A stretch of DNA of 64,000 bases from a virus. How positions within the stretch are numbered: the stretch's first letter is position 1; each line of letters begins with the position of its first letter. The stretch spans positions 1 through 64,000 of the IMG/VR virus record IMGVR_UViG_3300018080_000131; one strand, written 5' to 3'. Positions 28,697 through 39,298 of this stretch are shown here, piece after piece. Under the pieces are notes generated by a model. That model was not told the DNA's origin. It was given only the letters and a program-made list of their open reading frames with translations, and made no database searches. Both the position numbers and the translations under genes were made by a program.

Positions 28697-29158
28697 ATGA
28701 TTAACTTAAAGAAAACAGAAATCCTCATTGATGAGGAAGAGTATATCCTTGACCCAGAGGATTTGAAGGCTTCAGAAGATACAATTAATGAAGACCTAGT
28801 AAACCAACCTTCATTATATGTCTGGTACTCAGTATTAAAAGAAGAGGCTGAATCAGAATATCAGATTAAGAAAATGGAGTTGGATTTATTGGAAGCTGAA
28901 TTGGACAAAGAGTACAGAGAGGAAATGGAAAAAACTACAGAAGCCAAGATTGCTAAAGCTATTATGAGAGATGAGAGATATATGAAAGCTAAGATGGAGC
29001 TTATCCAGGCTAAAAGAGCATATGGCATCTTAAGAGCTTGGGAAGAAGGAGCAAGACAGAGGAAGGAAACTCTTATTGCTTTTGCCAGTAATCTAAGGGC
29101 TTCAATGGATGTTGATTTGACTATAAAAAAAGAACAAGTAAAGAAAAGGAGAGGATAA
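28697..29158 (+). CDS. uvsY: recombination mediator UvsY-like
   Basis: Helical protein QPSLYVWY...KTTEAKI...DERY; in a UvsX/gp32 context. Confidence 0.7.
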   Translation: MINLKKTEILIDEEEYILDPEDLKASEDTINEDLVNQPSLYVWYSVLKEEAESEYQIKKMELDLLEAELDKEYREEMEKTTEAKIAKAIMRDERYMKAKMELIQAKRAYGILRAWEEGARQRKETLIAFASNLRASMDVDLTIKKEQVKKRRG

Positions 29159-29159
29159 A

Positions 29160-29591
29160 GTGAAAAAAGTTTATATTGTTTCTCATGGTACTTATTCAGA
29201 TTATTGTATTGATGGTGTTTTTTCTACTAAAGAAAAAGCTGAGGCTTTTATAGAAACTTTTCCAAGAGACAGCATGTATGCTAAAGAAATTGAAGTATGG
29301 AAATTAGATGCATTTGATGATGTTATTAAAGCTGTTGAAGGAAAAAAAGTTTTTCAGGTGGAAATGGATATTGTTACAGGAGATGTTTCAAAGAATGGTA
29401 TAAAAGAATATACTGGTGAATTATGGGAGTCTCAGTTGGCTTTAGAAAGAAAGTATATTATAAACAAAGGTTTTATTGAAGCTTATGTATTTGCTGATGA
29501 TAAAGAACATGCAGTTAAGATTGTTGGAGAACAGAGAACTAGAATAATTCTTAAAATGGATGAAGAAAAAAATAGAGAAAAAGGAGAATAA
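29160..29591 (+). CDS. hypothetical phage protein
   Basis: VYIV..G.YSDY.I.GVFSTKEKAE motif common in phage proteins. Confidence 0.65.
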   Translation: MKKVYIVSHGTYSDYCIDGVFSTKEKAEAFIETFPRDSMYAKEIEVWKLDAFDDVIKAVEGKKVFQVEMDIVTGDVSKNGIKEYTGELWESQLALERKYIINKGFIEAYVFADDKEHAVKIVGEQRTRIILKMDEEKNREKGE

Positions 29592-29592
29592 A

Positions 29593-29805
29593 ATGTTTAT
29601 TCATGTTATTTTGGCTTTTGTGTTTTTGTCTTTAGCTATTTGGTGTTCTGGAATCTCTATTGGATTTTATAATAGAGGTTATTTTGGAAGTAATGAAATA
29701 AAAGACCTTCTTTTTTCTGTAATTATGCTTATTTTTAGCATGTTCAATTTTATTATGTTTGGTCTTAAAATTTTTCTTGCAGTAGAAAAGCTTTTAGGAG
29801 TTTAA
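29593..29805 (+). CDS. small membrane protein
   Basis: Two hydrophobic helices; SD GGAG. Confidence 0.55.
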   Translation: MFIHVILAFVFLSLAIWCSGISIGFYNRGYFGSNEIKDLLFSVIMLIFSMFNFIMFGLKIFLAVEKLLGV

Positions 29806-29806
29806 G

Positions 29807-30019
29807 ATGAGTATAGAGCTAGGTTTTAAGATTCTTCTAACAAGTATTTTGGTATTATGTTTGTTAGGTTTGCTGGCAAAACTTGGTATGATGCTTGATG
29901 ATGATGCAATCTTTAATCCATTAAGGTTTATTATGGTGATAGTATTTGGTTTTATGTTTGGTTTGAGTATTATTACTATGATTGCATCTGCAATTTATAT
30001 TGTATGGAATATTTTCTAA
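29807..30019 (+). CDS. small membrane protein
   Basis: Two hydrophobic helices; SD GGAG. Confidence 0.55.
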   Translation: MSIELGFKILLTSILVLCLLGLLAKLGMMLDDDAIFNPLRFIMVIVFGFMFGLSIITMIASAIYIVWNIF

Positions 30020-30622
30020 AAAAATTAAATGAGGAGAAGTAAAATGGATTTTATTAAAGAATTGAAAAATAAGGTTAAGGAATTTGAAAAGTTTGAAAAG
30101 TTTGAGAATGCTTATAGTAGAAAATTTGATGAATTAAATGATGCTCTTAGCTTGATTAATGTAGGTGTGTTTATGGAAGTTTATAATGATGAGGATTTAA
30201 AAACTTTTATAGATGATTTTTATAATGCTAGAGAAAAAGTTAAAGAATTTTTCAATATTGTGGAGAAGAAAAAATGAAATTATTTAAAAGAATAAGATTT
30301 GGGTTGCCAAAGATTTATACTGGAGAGCCTTGTGTTGAGATTATTCCTTTTGGTTTACATATGAATGATGGTGAAGGTCAGAAGTTTGGTATTAATTCTC
30401 AGGTGAATATTGGTGGATTTTTTCTTTGGCAATTATATTTTGAAAGTGGTTGGTGTTTTAATCTAATTGTTTGTGGATTTGAGTTAATTATTGATTTGGA
30501 TTAGAAAATGAAAGATTGGTTAAAGTATAACAAAGAATACCTTATTTTTATAGGGTTATTCCTACTGATTTGGATATTATCCTTATTCAGAGGAAAATAA
30601 AAATTTATTTGGAGGTTATTTA

Positions 30623-31675
30623 ATGGCAAAAGCTAAATTCAGAAAACCAGATGTTGAGGAAGACCAGGAACTTCTAAAAAAAGAAGATAGTAGAGGTCAA
30701 AGAACAGATTATTCTGAGAGATTTTGGAAACCAGAACCTGGAGAAAATTTAATTAGGGTTCTTCCTGCAAGGGGAGAAACAAATGCTTCTTACCATATGA
30801 TAGCAGGTAAGCATTTCATTAAGCACAAGGACAGAATAGAATCCTTTGTTTGTCCTAAAGAAACATTTGGAGAAGAGTGTCCTGCTTGTGAGAAATTTTT
30901 AGAGCTAGTTAAGAAAGGTAAAAAGCAAGAAGCTAATAGGTACAGGGTGAAGAGAATTGGTGTTTTTAATGTGATTGATAGAACAGAAGAAGAACCAGTT
31001 GTAAAGCTGTATGAAGCTCCTAGAAAAGCAGTATGGCATAGGGTTGTGAAGATTGTTACTTCTAAAAGAAAACAATCTCATATTCTTGATGAAATTAATT
31101 CTAAGTTTGAAGTAACAAAACCTGGAAGAGATATTTTTATTGATTTTGACCCAGATGCAGACCCACAATCTATGTATACTGTTTATCCTACTGATGCTGA
31201 AGAGTTAGGTACTCCTGAAGAAATTCAGAAGTGGTATGAAGAAATTGTAGACCTTCTTCCTGAGAATGTTTATACCTTAATTTCCTATGAAGATGCTGAG
31301 ATTAAGATGGATGGAACTAAAGAAGAAAGAGAAGAGTTGAGAGAAAGATGGGCTAGAGAAAGAGAAGAGGATGAAGAGGAAGAGGATGAAGAGGAAGAGG
31401 ATGAAGAGGAAGTTGAGGAAGATGATGATGAGGAAGAAGAGGAGAAACCTAAAAAGAAAAAGCTGAAAAAGAAAGTTAAAAGGAAACAAAAAGAAGAGGA
31501 TGAAGAAGAAGAGGTTGAGGAAGAGGAAGATTCTGAAGAGGAAGATTCTGAAGAGGAAGAAGAGGTTGAGGAAGAGGAAGAGGAAGATTCTGAAGAGGAA
31601 GAAGAGGATTTATCAGCTAAGGTGAGAAAGAGAGTTTCAGAGTACAAGAAGAAAAAAAAGAAAAGTAAGAAATAG
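30623..31675 (+). CDS. single-stranded DNA-binding protein, gp32-like, with long acidic tail
   Basis: FWKPEPGENLIRVLP, HF...CP...CPAC zinc site, NVIDR, GRDI; E/D-rich C-terminus. Confidence 0.85.
   Translation: MAKAKFRKPDVEEDQELLKKEDSRGQRTDYSERFWKPEPGENLIRVLPARGETNASYHMIAGKHFIKHKDRIESFVCPKETFGEECPACEKFLELVKKGKKQEANRYRVKRIGVFNVIDRTEEEPVVKLYEAPRKAVWHRVVKIVTSKRKQSHILDEINSKFEVTKPGRDIFIDFDPDADPQSMYTVYPTDAEELGTPEEIQKWYEEIVDLLPENVYTLISYEDAEIKMDGTKEEREELRERWAREREEDEEEEDEEEEDEEEVEEDDDEEEEEKPKKKKLKKKVKRKQKEEDEEEEVEEEEDSEEEDSEEEEEVEEEEEEDSEEEEEDLSAKVRKRVSEYKKKKKKSKK
31368..31610 (+). repeat. GAA/GAG/GAT low-complexity coding repeat (poly-Glu/Asp)
   Basis: GAAGAGGAAGATTCT and GAAGAGGAAGAGGAT units. Confidence 0.85.
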
Positions 31676-31707
31676 GTATTAATCAGAGGTTAGCTGGTGA
31701 GGTGTTT

Positions 31708-31776
31708 GATGGATGAGGTTAGAAAGAATCTGAAAGTACTGTAAATACTTTAGGCTTGAATCCTCATCCATCTCCA
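31708..31776 (+). tRNA. degenerate/minimal tRNA-Tyr(GTA)-like element
   Basis: Acceptor GATGGAT/ATCCATC then T and CCA; D arm GGTT-AGAAAG-AATC; anticodon arm AAAGTA-CTGTAAA-TACTTT; 3-bp T stem AGG-CTTGAAT-CCT. Confidence 0.5.
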
Positions 31777-31796
31777 AATTTTTTAAGGAGAATAAA

Positions 31797-32069
31797 ATGA
31801 ATTACAAAGAAGTAAAAGAGCATTTGAAAACATCTAAAGATTTTTTAACAAGTGCTAAGAATTTTGTTGATTATCAGGGTGATTCAAGGATAATGCTTGC
31901 AGTTATATCAATAGCAGAGTCTTTGTTTGTCTTGTCTTCAATTGTTTCAGATGTTGAGTTTGAGGATGAAAAGAGAGATATAGAGTTGAGAGAAAGGTGG
32001 AACAAAGAAGAAGAAAATAAAGGTGATTATCTTCCAGAAGATTTAGCTTCTGTTGGAGAGAGGAGATAA
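31797..32069 (+). CDS. hypothetical protein
   Basis: SD GGAG. Confidence 0.55.
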   Translation: MNYKEVKEHLKTSKDFLTSAKNFVDYQGDSRIMLAVISIAESLFVLSSIVSDVEFEDEKRDIELRERWNKEEENKGDYLPEDLASVGERR

Positions 32070-32071
32070 AT

Positions 32072-32356
32072 ATGGGGTTATATAATTGTTTTGGTGAAAG
32101 AGGTATCCAGTTAAAGGCTGAGGATTATGATGAACTGATGATAAAGAGTTATAAGATTGGAGATAAAATTAATCTTCCTGATGGTGTTTATGTTGCTAAT
32201 GAAGGAATTGTAGTTATTTATAGAGGTACATTTGTTGCTGAGGTAGATTCTATATATGATAAATATGGTGGAATTATTAATCTTAGTAATGAACTGGAAA
32301 AAAGAAATCCCATAGCACAGGTTATTAAGGAATTTAATAATGAAAATAAGGAATGA
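32072..32356 (+). CDS. hypothetical protein
   Basis: SD GGAG. Confidence 0.55.
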   Translation: MGLYNCFGERGIQLKAEDYDELMIKSYKIGDKINLPDGVYVANEGIVVIYRGTFVAEVDSIYDKYGGIINLSNELEKRNPIAQVIKEFNNENKE

Positions 32357-32428
32357 GATTAAAAATTGCTTATCAGAAATGATTATGAGAAAAGTATCTC
32401 ATTCCTTTACTAAATATTTGGAGTTATT

Positions 32429-33379
32429 ATGATTAGTAAAGATGCAAAAAAGAAGATGAAGGTGATTGATTTGAAATCCAGGTTTGATAAGCTTGTGAAG
32501 TATAGAGTGAGTACAGGGATAGTTGCTTTTGATAAAGTAATAGGTGGTGGTATTCCTTCTGGTAGATATACAGAGTTCTTTGGTGGTGAGTCTACAGCTA
32601 AGAGCAGGTTGTGTGGTCATATTCTAGCAGAGACACAGAAGATTGGTGGTATAGCAGTTTTGGTTGATACAGAAAAGAGTATGGGAGAAGGGTTGATTGA
32701 GTTAACAGGAATTGATTTAGAGAATTTGATATATCCTGACCCAGAAGAGATAGTTACTATTGAAGATGTTTTTGAGCTTGTTGAGTATGTATCAACAGAA
32801 ATGAGAGAAGAGTTCCCAGATGTTCCTATTACTTTTGTATGGGATTCTTTGGCTTCTTCTCCAGGTATGGAAGATATGGAAAAAGAAATTGGTAGGAATG
32901 AAGCTGGTATGAGAAGAGCTAAGATTATTGGTGAAGGATTGAAAAAGTATATGCCTATGGTTTATAAGAATCAGATATGTCTTATTATTGTAAATCAGGT
33001 TAGAGACAAAATGAATGTGATGTTTGGGGATAAGACAGATGTTCCTGGTGGTAGGCAAGTGAAACATTGGGCTTCATTAAGATTAGGGATGAAGGTAATT
33101 GGCTCAGTTAAGGACAAAGATACTAAAGAGCAGGTATCAACTAAGGTTCAGTTGCTGGTTAGGAAAAGTAGGGTATGTAAACCTTTTGGAATTGTTAACC
33201 TTGATATTCCTGTTGATGAACCTATTAATAAATATAGTGGTTTGTTGGATTATTTAAAGAGGCATGGGGAGATTGATAATAAAGGTAAATATTATTTCTT
33301 TACAGATAATCCAGAAACTACATTTCTGAAAGATGATTTTCCAAAGATTTATGAGGAAAGAAATGGAAGAAAAAAATAA
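32429..33379 (+). CDS. recA: RecA/UvsX-like recombinase
   Basis: VSTG...FD..IGGGIPSGRYTEFFG, VDTE, VWDSLA, VNQVR, PGG...HWASLRL. Confidence 0.92.
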   Translation: MISKDAKKKMKVIDLKSRFDKLVKYRVSTGIVAFDKVIGGGIPSGRYTEFFGGESTAKSRLCGHILAETQKIGGIAVLVDTEKSMGEGLIELTGIDLENLIYPDPEEIVTIEDVFELVEYVSTEMREEFPDVPITFVWDSLASSPGMEDMEKEIGRNEAGMRRAKIIGEGLKKYMPMVYKNQICLIIVNQVRDKMNVMFGDKTDVPGGRQVKHWASLRLGMKVIGSVKDKDTKEQVSTKVQLLVRKSRVCKPFGIVNLDIPVDEPINKYSGLLDYLKRHGEIDNKGKYYFFTDNPETTFLKDDFPKIYEERNGRKK

Positions 33380-33600
33380 CAAAAGAATAAGAAGAAAGAA
33401 AAAGATTGATAAGAATGTTCTTGAGGATATTGAGAATATTTGGAAGTTTATTCAAAGTGATGAATATGAAAGAGGAGATATAAATTTTAGGTTGGTTTTT
33501 ATAAATAGATTAGAGGAGTTAACTGGTTTGGAATTTAAAGGTACTCAGGATATGAAAGAAAAGATGGAAGTGTATTTAGAATCTCAGAGAGAAAAATAAT

Positions 33601-34506
33601 ATGAAAAAAATACTTATTGTAGATGGTAATAATTTAAGCTGGAGAGGTTTAGGGCAAGCTCCTTTAACTCATGAAGGTGAAAGAGTAGAAATGGTGTATA
33701 CTGGTTTGGCTATGTTGAGAAGTTATTTAAATAAGTTTGAATCAGATGAATGTTTTGTGGTATGGGATTATGGTAGAGACAAAAGAAGAACTTCAGTATA
33801 TCCAGAATACAAAAAGAAGAAGAGAGAATTAACTAAGGTTGAAAAAAAAGAAAGAGAGTCTTTTTATAAGCAGATTAATAATTTAAAGTATTGTATTGAA
33901 TTACTTGGAATACCACAATATGCTTGTTTTGGAAGGGAAGCTGATGATTTGATTTATAATATTATCAAAGCTAATCCTAATCAGGAATATGTGGTTGTTT
34001 CCACAGATAAAGATATGTTCCAGTTGATGGAGCTTAGCCATACTGTTTTTATTTATAATCCCATTAAGAAGGTCATAGACAATAGACAAACAGTAGAGGA
34101 AAGGTTTGGTATTCCTATTAAGTTTTTTGCTGTCTATAAGGCTCTAATGGGGGATAAGAGTGATAATATAGGTGGTATGAGAGGTGTTGGACCAGTTACA
34201 GCAGTTAAGTTGGTGGAAGCTATTACAGATGGTGAGAAGTATATGGAGTTGTCAGATAAAGAGCAGAGATTTTTTAGAAAAATGGCTTCAGCTAAGTTTA
34301 AAGAGATTCATGGGTTGGTGAAGTTTAAAGGTATTAAGGATGAAGAAATACAAGAAGGTTTAAAATGGAATCCACCAGAATCTAGGGAAGAATTGAATGA
34401 GAGGATAATGGTAATGTGTGAAACATTTGGGTTTCAGAAGTTTCTAGATACTTTTGAAAGTTGGGTTGCTCCTTTTGAGGAGTTGTTTAGGAAGAGTAAA
34501 AAATGA
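33601..34506 (+). CDS. 5'-3' exonuclease / flap endonuclease (T4 RNase H-like)
   Basis: IVDGNN, YPEYK, EADD, STDKDMFQL, LMGDKSDNIGGMRGVGPVTA. Confidence 0.93.
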   Translation: MKKILIVDGNNLSWRGLGQAPLTHEGERVEMVYTGLAMLRSYLNKFESDECFVVWDYGRDKRRTSVYPEYKKKKRELTKVEKKERESFYKQINNLKYCIELLGIPQYACFGREADDLIYNIIKANPNQEYVVVSTDKDMFQLMELSHTVFIYNPIKKVIDNRQTVEERFGIPIKFFAVYKALMGDKSDNIGGMRGVGPVTAVKLVEAITDGEKYMELSDKEQRFFRKMASAKFKEIHGLVKFKGIKDEEIQEGLKWNPPESREELNERIMVMCETFGFQKFLDTFESWVAPFEELFRKSKK

Positions 34507-34719
34507 TTGATGATGAGAGAGTTCCTGGTTGGTTGAATTTTATTTTATTAATTGTCTTTTATTCTGTAGTTTTTTATGGTATGATATTGTTTTGGGATTT
34601 AGCAGAGAGGTTTTTAGGTGAAACAGCAGTAAGAGTTATTGTACTTTTTGCTGGTGCTTATTTAGCAAAGAGAAAATTTTATTGGTCAGATGGAAAATGG
34701 ATAAGGAGATTTTTCTAAA

Positions 34720-35043
34720 ATGAAAATAAATTTATCAAGTGGATATATAAAATTATTAAATGGTAAAAAAGCTCATAATGATAAAATAATTAGATTATAT
34801 CCAGCAGGAATTCAACTAACATATGAAGAAATATATAAATTAAATATTCTTTTTTCTTTAAATGAAGAGCATATTTACCCAAAGAAATATGGTTGTGATG
34901 GTGGTGATAGGTTTCAAGAGTTATTAATACTTTCTATGATTGCTTATGAGGAATTATTAGAAAAATATAAAGAAAAATTTATGAGTAGTATTAATAAGGA
35001 TTTAGATAATAAATGGGAAGAGGATAGAAAAAAATTATGGTAG
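34720..35043 (+). CDS. hypothetical protein
   Basis: AT-rich ORF between coupled genes. Confidence 0.5.
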   Translation: MKINLSSGYIKLLNGKKAHNDKIIRLYPAGIQLTYEEIYKLNILFSLNEEHIYPKKYGCDGGDRFQELLILSMIAYEELLEKYKEKFMSSINKDLDNKWEEDRKKLW

Positions 35044-35053
35044 GAAAATTAAA

Positions 35054-36094
35054 ATGAAACATTTAATATTTTCAGATTTACATTCACATAATTACAAAGA
35101 GTTTTCATCTTATGATGAGGAAGGAATTAATAGTAGGTTATGGGATGTTATAGAAGTACTTGATAGAATTGATAATAGTGCTAAAAAACATGAAGTTGAT
35201 ACTGTATGGTTTTTAGGTGATTTGTTTCATTTGAAAAATAATGTAGATAGTAAAGTTATTAAATTAACTATGGAAAGAATGGTTTCTCTTTCAGAATATT
35301 TTACTATTTATATTATACCAGGAAATCATGACCTAAGAAGTTGGACAAAAGACCCAACATTATTAGAGGTTATTTCTCAGGTTGCAAAAGTAAATATTTT
35401 TGTTTGTGATAGAGAAAATGTTATGACTAATTTTATTACTGCTCCTTTTACCAGAAAAGTAAAAGAGTTAGAGGAGTGGATTGATGGTTTGAAAACTAAT
35501 CCAGATAAAGATATATTTCTTGGTCATCAATATTTAAAAGGAACTAAGTTTGGAAGTTATGAAGTTACAACAGATGGTCTATCACCAGAACTTTTAATGA
35601 GGAAGTTTAAGATGAGCTTCCTTGGTCATTGTCATACCATGTTTAAGTTAAAAAATAAGGACAGAGATTCTAGAATCATTTCTGTTGGTTCTCCTTTACA
35701 ACATAATTTTGGTGATGAAGGAAGTAAGAGAGGATGGTGGATATTAGATGATGAGACTTGGGATTTGAAATATATTAAAAATTCATTCTCACCAAGATTC
35801 ATCACAATAAAAATAAAAGAGGATTGGGATATTGAGAAGGTTTGGGAGAATGATGAAGAGGCTAAATTTGATAAGGATTTTTTTAGGATTAAGGTTATTG
35901 GAAGGAAGATACCTAAAGGATTGGAGAATATAAGGTGGAAGAGGGTTACATATGAGCTTCAGGATGCTGGGAAGAAGAGGTCAACTATTTCATTCTCTGA
36001 TAAAGCTGATGATATTCTTGATAAATATGTTAGTGCTAAGAAGGGTGATTTGGATAAGGATAAGTTGCTTGAGATAGGGAGAAAATTCTTATGA
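35054..36094 (+). CDS. sbcD: Mre11/SbcD-like nuclease (gp47-like)
   Basis: SDLH, LGDLFH, PGNHD, LGHCH, VGSPLQHNFGD. Confidence 0.92.
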   Translation: MKHLIFSDLHSHNYKEFSSYDEEGINSRLWDVIEVLDRIDNSAKKHEVDTVWFLGDLFHLKNNVDSKVIKLTMERMVSLSEYFTIYIIPGNHDLRSWTKDPTLLEVISQVAKVNIFVCDRENVMTNFITAPFTRKVKELEEWIDGLKTNPDKDIFLGHQYLKGTKFGSYEVTTDGLSPELLMRKFKMSFLGHCHTMFKLKNKDRDSRIISVGSPLQHNFGDEGSKRGWWILDDETWDLKYIKNSFSPRFITIKIKEDWDIEKVWENDEEAKFDKDFFRIKVIGRKIPKGLENIRWKRVTYELQDAGKKRSTISFSDKADDILDKYVSAKKGDLDKDKLLEIGRKFL

Positions 36095-38010
36095 AAATAA
36101 AAATGCTTGATGCTGAGAACTTTTTATCTTTTAAGAAGCTTGAGTATGTATTTCCAGAATCAGGCTTGGTGTTTATAGGTGGTAAAAAGATTGATTCATA
36201 TATATCATCTAGTAATGGTGCTGGGAAGAGTGCATTTATAGAGGCTTTATGTTGGGGTTTATTTGGAAATACTATTAGAAATGCTGGTGCTGATGATGTT
36301 GTGAATAGAGATAAGGGTGAAAATTGTTATGTTTCTATTTTGTTTGAAGATGATTCTGGTCAAGAGTATTTAGTGTATAGGTCAAGGAAAGATTCTAATC
36401 ATGGAAATAATTTAACATTATTTAAAGGAAATGATGAGCTTAGTTTCTCTGGTATGAAAGAAACACAGGAGCAGATTGATAGGGTTCTTGGGATGAATTG
36501 GCAGGTGTTTTCTTCAGCAGTAGTATTTGGGGAGAAAGCACAAAGATTTTCTCAGGCAACAGATAAGGAGAAAAAGGAAATTTTTGAAGATATTTTAGCA
36601 TTATATTCTTATTCAGAGGCACAGGCTGAGGTGAAGAAAACACTAAAAGATATACTCAGTGATTATTATGGTTGTGAAAGTGATTTAAAATCAAAGAATG
36701 AATTAAAAGATTCTATTGAAGATGAGCTTGATGAATTGCAGGAAAAGTTAGAGCAAGCAAAGGAAGAAGGAAAGAAAGCAGATAGTGAAATAAAAAAACT
36801 ACAAACTGAAATAAAGAAATGGAATGATGAAAAAAATGTGGTTGAAAAAGAGTTGAAGAATTTGGAAAATGATACAAAGGATTTGCTTGAAGATAAGAAT
36901 GATATTCATGCAGAGATTCAGAAACTTGAGAAGGATAAGATAAAGGATTTGGAAGAGGCTGAGAATAGTTTGAAAACTGCTCAGTTGGAATTGAAGGGTA
37001 TTGATTCAGATATAAACAGAATAGGTATGGCTATAAAGGATTTGGTAAATCTAGATGAAGGTTCTTTCTGTCCTACTTGTGGAAGAAAAGTAACAGAGAA
37101 ATCAGTAGAAGATGTTAAGAAAAGATATAAAGAGGATTTGAAACCTTTGCTTTTAAAACAAAAGAAATGGAATGAAGAGGTTGTTAAATTTAATAAAGAA
37201 AAAGAAGATAAGAAAGTAAAATGGGATAAGAAAATAGATGAACTTATTAAGGCTGAGGATGAGCTTCTTGATGCTGTAGAAGATTTTGAAAAAGAGAAGA
37301 AAGGGTTTGAGGATAAGATAAGAAGATTTGAGGATGATATTAAAGATAATAAAAGAGAGATTAAGGGTTTAGAAGATAAGAAAGATTTAGCAGAAGGATA
37401 TGCTCAGGAAGCTATTGATAAGAAGAAAGAGGGTTTAAAGAAGGTTGAAAATGGTATTAAGGATATTAAAAAAGCTATGAAGAAGTTAGAGATTGATATT
37501 CCTTATTATGAATTTTGGGTTGAAGGGTTTGGTAATAAGGGTATTAAGAGCTTCTTGATTGATGAGGTAGTTCCAGTGTTGAATAACAAAGTTAGTGAGT
37601 TTGCATCTGCTCTTATGGATGATAGTGTTCAGGTTCAGTTTGATACTCAAAGTAAATTGAAGAGTGGGGAGTATAGAGAGAAGTTTGATGTTAAAATGGT
37701 AGTTGGTGATGAGGAAATTAATTATAGTAGTTTCTCAGCAGGAGAGAAAAGGAAGATTGATGTTGCAATTCTATTAGCATTACAGAATCTTATCTTTCAG
37801 AGAAGTGCTAGTGGTTGTAATTTGGTTGTTTTTGATGAGGTGTTTGATGCTTTAGATAGAGTTGGAATTGAAAGGGTTGTTAATTTACTTAGTGAAGAAT
37901 CTAAAGAGAAATCTATTTTTGTGATAAGCCATATTCAAGAGCTTCAGGATTATTTTGATAAAGTGATTATAGTAAAAAATAAAAATGGAATAAGTGAATT
38001 GGAGGCATAA
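36091..38010 (+). CDS. sbcC: Rad50/SbcC-like ATPase (gp46-like)
   Basis: NFLSF, NGAGKS, CPTC zinc hook, FSAGEK, VFDEVFDALD, VISH. Confidence 0.95.
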   Translation: MKIKMLDAENFLSFKKLEYVFPESGLVFIGGKKIDSYISSSNGAGKSAFIEALCWGLFGNTIRNAGADDVVNRDKGENCYVSILFEDDSGQEYLVYRSRKDSNHGNNLTLFKGNDELSFSGMKETQEQIDRVLGMNWQVFSSAVVFGEKAQRFSQATDKEKKEIFEDILALYSYSEAQAEVKKTLKDILSDYYGCESDLKSKNELKDSIEDELDELQEKLEQAKEEGKKADSEIKKLQTEIKKWNDEKNVVEKELKNLENDTKDLLEDKNDIHAEIQKLEKDKIKDLEEAENSLKTAQLELKGIDSDINRIGMAIKDLVNLDEGSFCPTCGRKVTEKSVEDVKKRYKEDLKPLLLKQKKWNEEVVKFNKEKEDKKVKWDKKIDELIKAEDELLDAVEDFEKEKKGFEDKIRRFEDDIKDNKREIKGLEDKKDLAEGYAQEAIDKKKEGLKKVENGIKDIKKAMKKLEIDIPYYEFWVEGFGNKGIKSFLIDEVVPVLNNKVSEFASALMDDSVQVQFDTQSKLKSGEYREKFDVKMVVGDEEINYSSFSAGEKRKIDVAILLALQNLIFQRSASGCNLVVFDEVFDALDRVGIERVVNLLSEESKEKSIFVISHIQELQDYFDKVIIVKNKNGISELEA

Positions 38011-38189
38011 ATGCTTAATTTATTAATTGGTTTGAAACATCCAGATAAGGTTTTTAATGTTGATAATTATCAGGAGTTTCAACATAAGAAGTTTGGAAAT
38101 CAGTTATGGATTCAAATGAAATTAGCTGATGGTGGAAAAGCAGAAGTTCCAGCAGAGAATGTTGCTTTTATAATAGAGGCTAAGAAATA

Positions 38190-38759
38190 ATGGCAAAAGA
38201 TTGGAAAGGATTTGAAAGAGAAGTAGCAAGATTGCTAACTGTAGTTTACTATCCTGATGGTGATGGAGAATTTAGAAGAGTTCCACAATCTGGTGGTTGG
38301 GATAAGAAGGTTGTTACAGGTGATATAATGGCATTGAAAAAAACTTATGAAGATAGTTTTGTCTTTGATGTTACTTTTCCATTTTCTGTAGAATGTAAAA
38401 CACATAGAGATATTAAACATTTCTTTTCAGGATTGTATTCTAAAGATAGTGAATTATTTCAGTGGATGCAACAAGCTGAAGATGATTGTAGACATATTCC
38501 TAATAGAAGACCTATTGTTACTTTTAGATTGTATAGACAGAAGATTGTGAGTATGTTGAAAGCTGAAGATTTTAGTAAGTTGAAGGAGATGTTTGGAGAA
38601 CCAAAATTTAAGTATTATTTTCTTAGAAAGTATCCTACAGAATTTGAAGAGAATTTTGATATTAATCTTTTGGTATTGTGTTTATTCAGTGATTTTGTAG
38701 AATGGATTGATTGGGGTATTTATAAAATGAAATATATAAGGAGTATGGTGAGGAAATGA
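38190..38759 (+). CDS. Holliday junction resolvase-like PD-(D/E)xK nuclease
   Basis: KGFEREVA...RVPQSGG...GDI...VECK. Confidence 0.8.
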   Translation: MAKDWKGFEREVARLLTVVYYPDGDGEFRRVPQSGGWDKKVVTGDIMALKKTYEDSFVFDVTFPFSVECKTHRDIKHFFSGLYSKDSELFQWMQQAEDDCRHIPNRRPIVTFRLYRQKIVSMLKAEDFSKLKEMFGEPKFKYYFLRKYPTEFEENFDINLLVLCLFSDFVEWIDWGIYKMKYIRSMVRK

Positions 38760-39088
38760 AACTTAAATACTGGTTAAAATACAAATGGCAAAGATTAACT
38801 AAAGGGTTTGGTGATGATGAAGTTTGGAATTTAGATGTTACAATAGCTGAATTTATTCTTCCAAGATTAAAGAGGCTTAGAGAGATTCAACATGGTTTTC
38901 CAGCTTGTTTAGATAAAGATGGAGAAGATTTAGGTGCAGTAGAATGGGATAGAAGATTGGATAGTATGATAGAGGCTTTTATAATAATTAGTAATGAGTG
39001 TTATTGGGATATGGATAGTGAAATGAATAAGGTTGTTAAGGAAGGTTTGAATTATTTCAGAGAGCATTTTTTTGATTTATGGGATTAA
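38756..39088 (+). CDS. conserved phage hypothetical protein
   Basis: WNLD.TIAEFILPRLK...EGLNYFREHFFDLWD motif typical of phage proteins. Confidence 0.7.
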   Translation: MKLKYWLKYKWQRLTKGFGDDEVWNLDVTIAEFILPRLKRLREIQHGFPACLDKDGEDLGAVEWDRRLDSMIEAFIIISNECYWDMDSEMNKVVKEGLNYFREHFFDLWD

Positions 39089-39298
39089 GAAATGAGAATG
39101 ATTTGTTTCTTTAGAGGCTTGTTGAGAACATTTATATATCCTGTTGGCTGTTGGGTTTCTGGTCATAATCTTGTTGAAACTTTTAATGATGGGTTTACTC
39201 AGGTGTTAACTTGTGAGACTTGTGGTTTTGAGTCAAAAGGTAAAAAAGAGGGATTTTTCAGAGAATTTACAGAAAAAAATGAAAAAAATTTTCATGTA

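Noticed and set aside
31285-31647. Minus-strand poly-Ser ORF
   Set aside because: It is the antisense shadow of the poly-Glu tail of the SSB.
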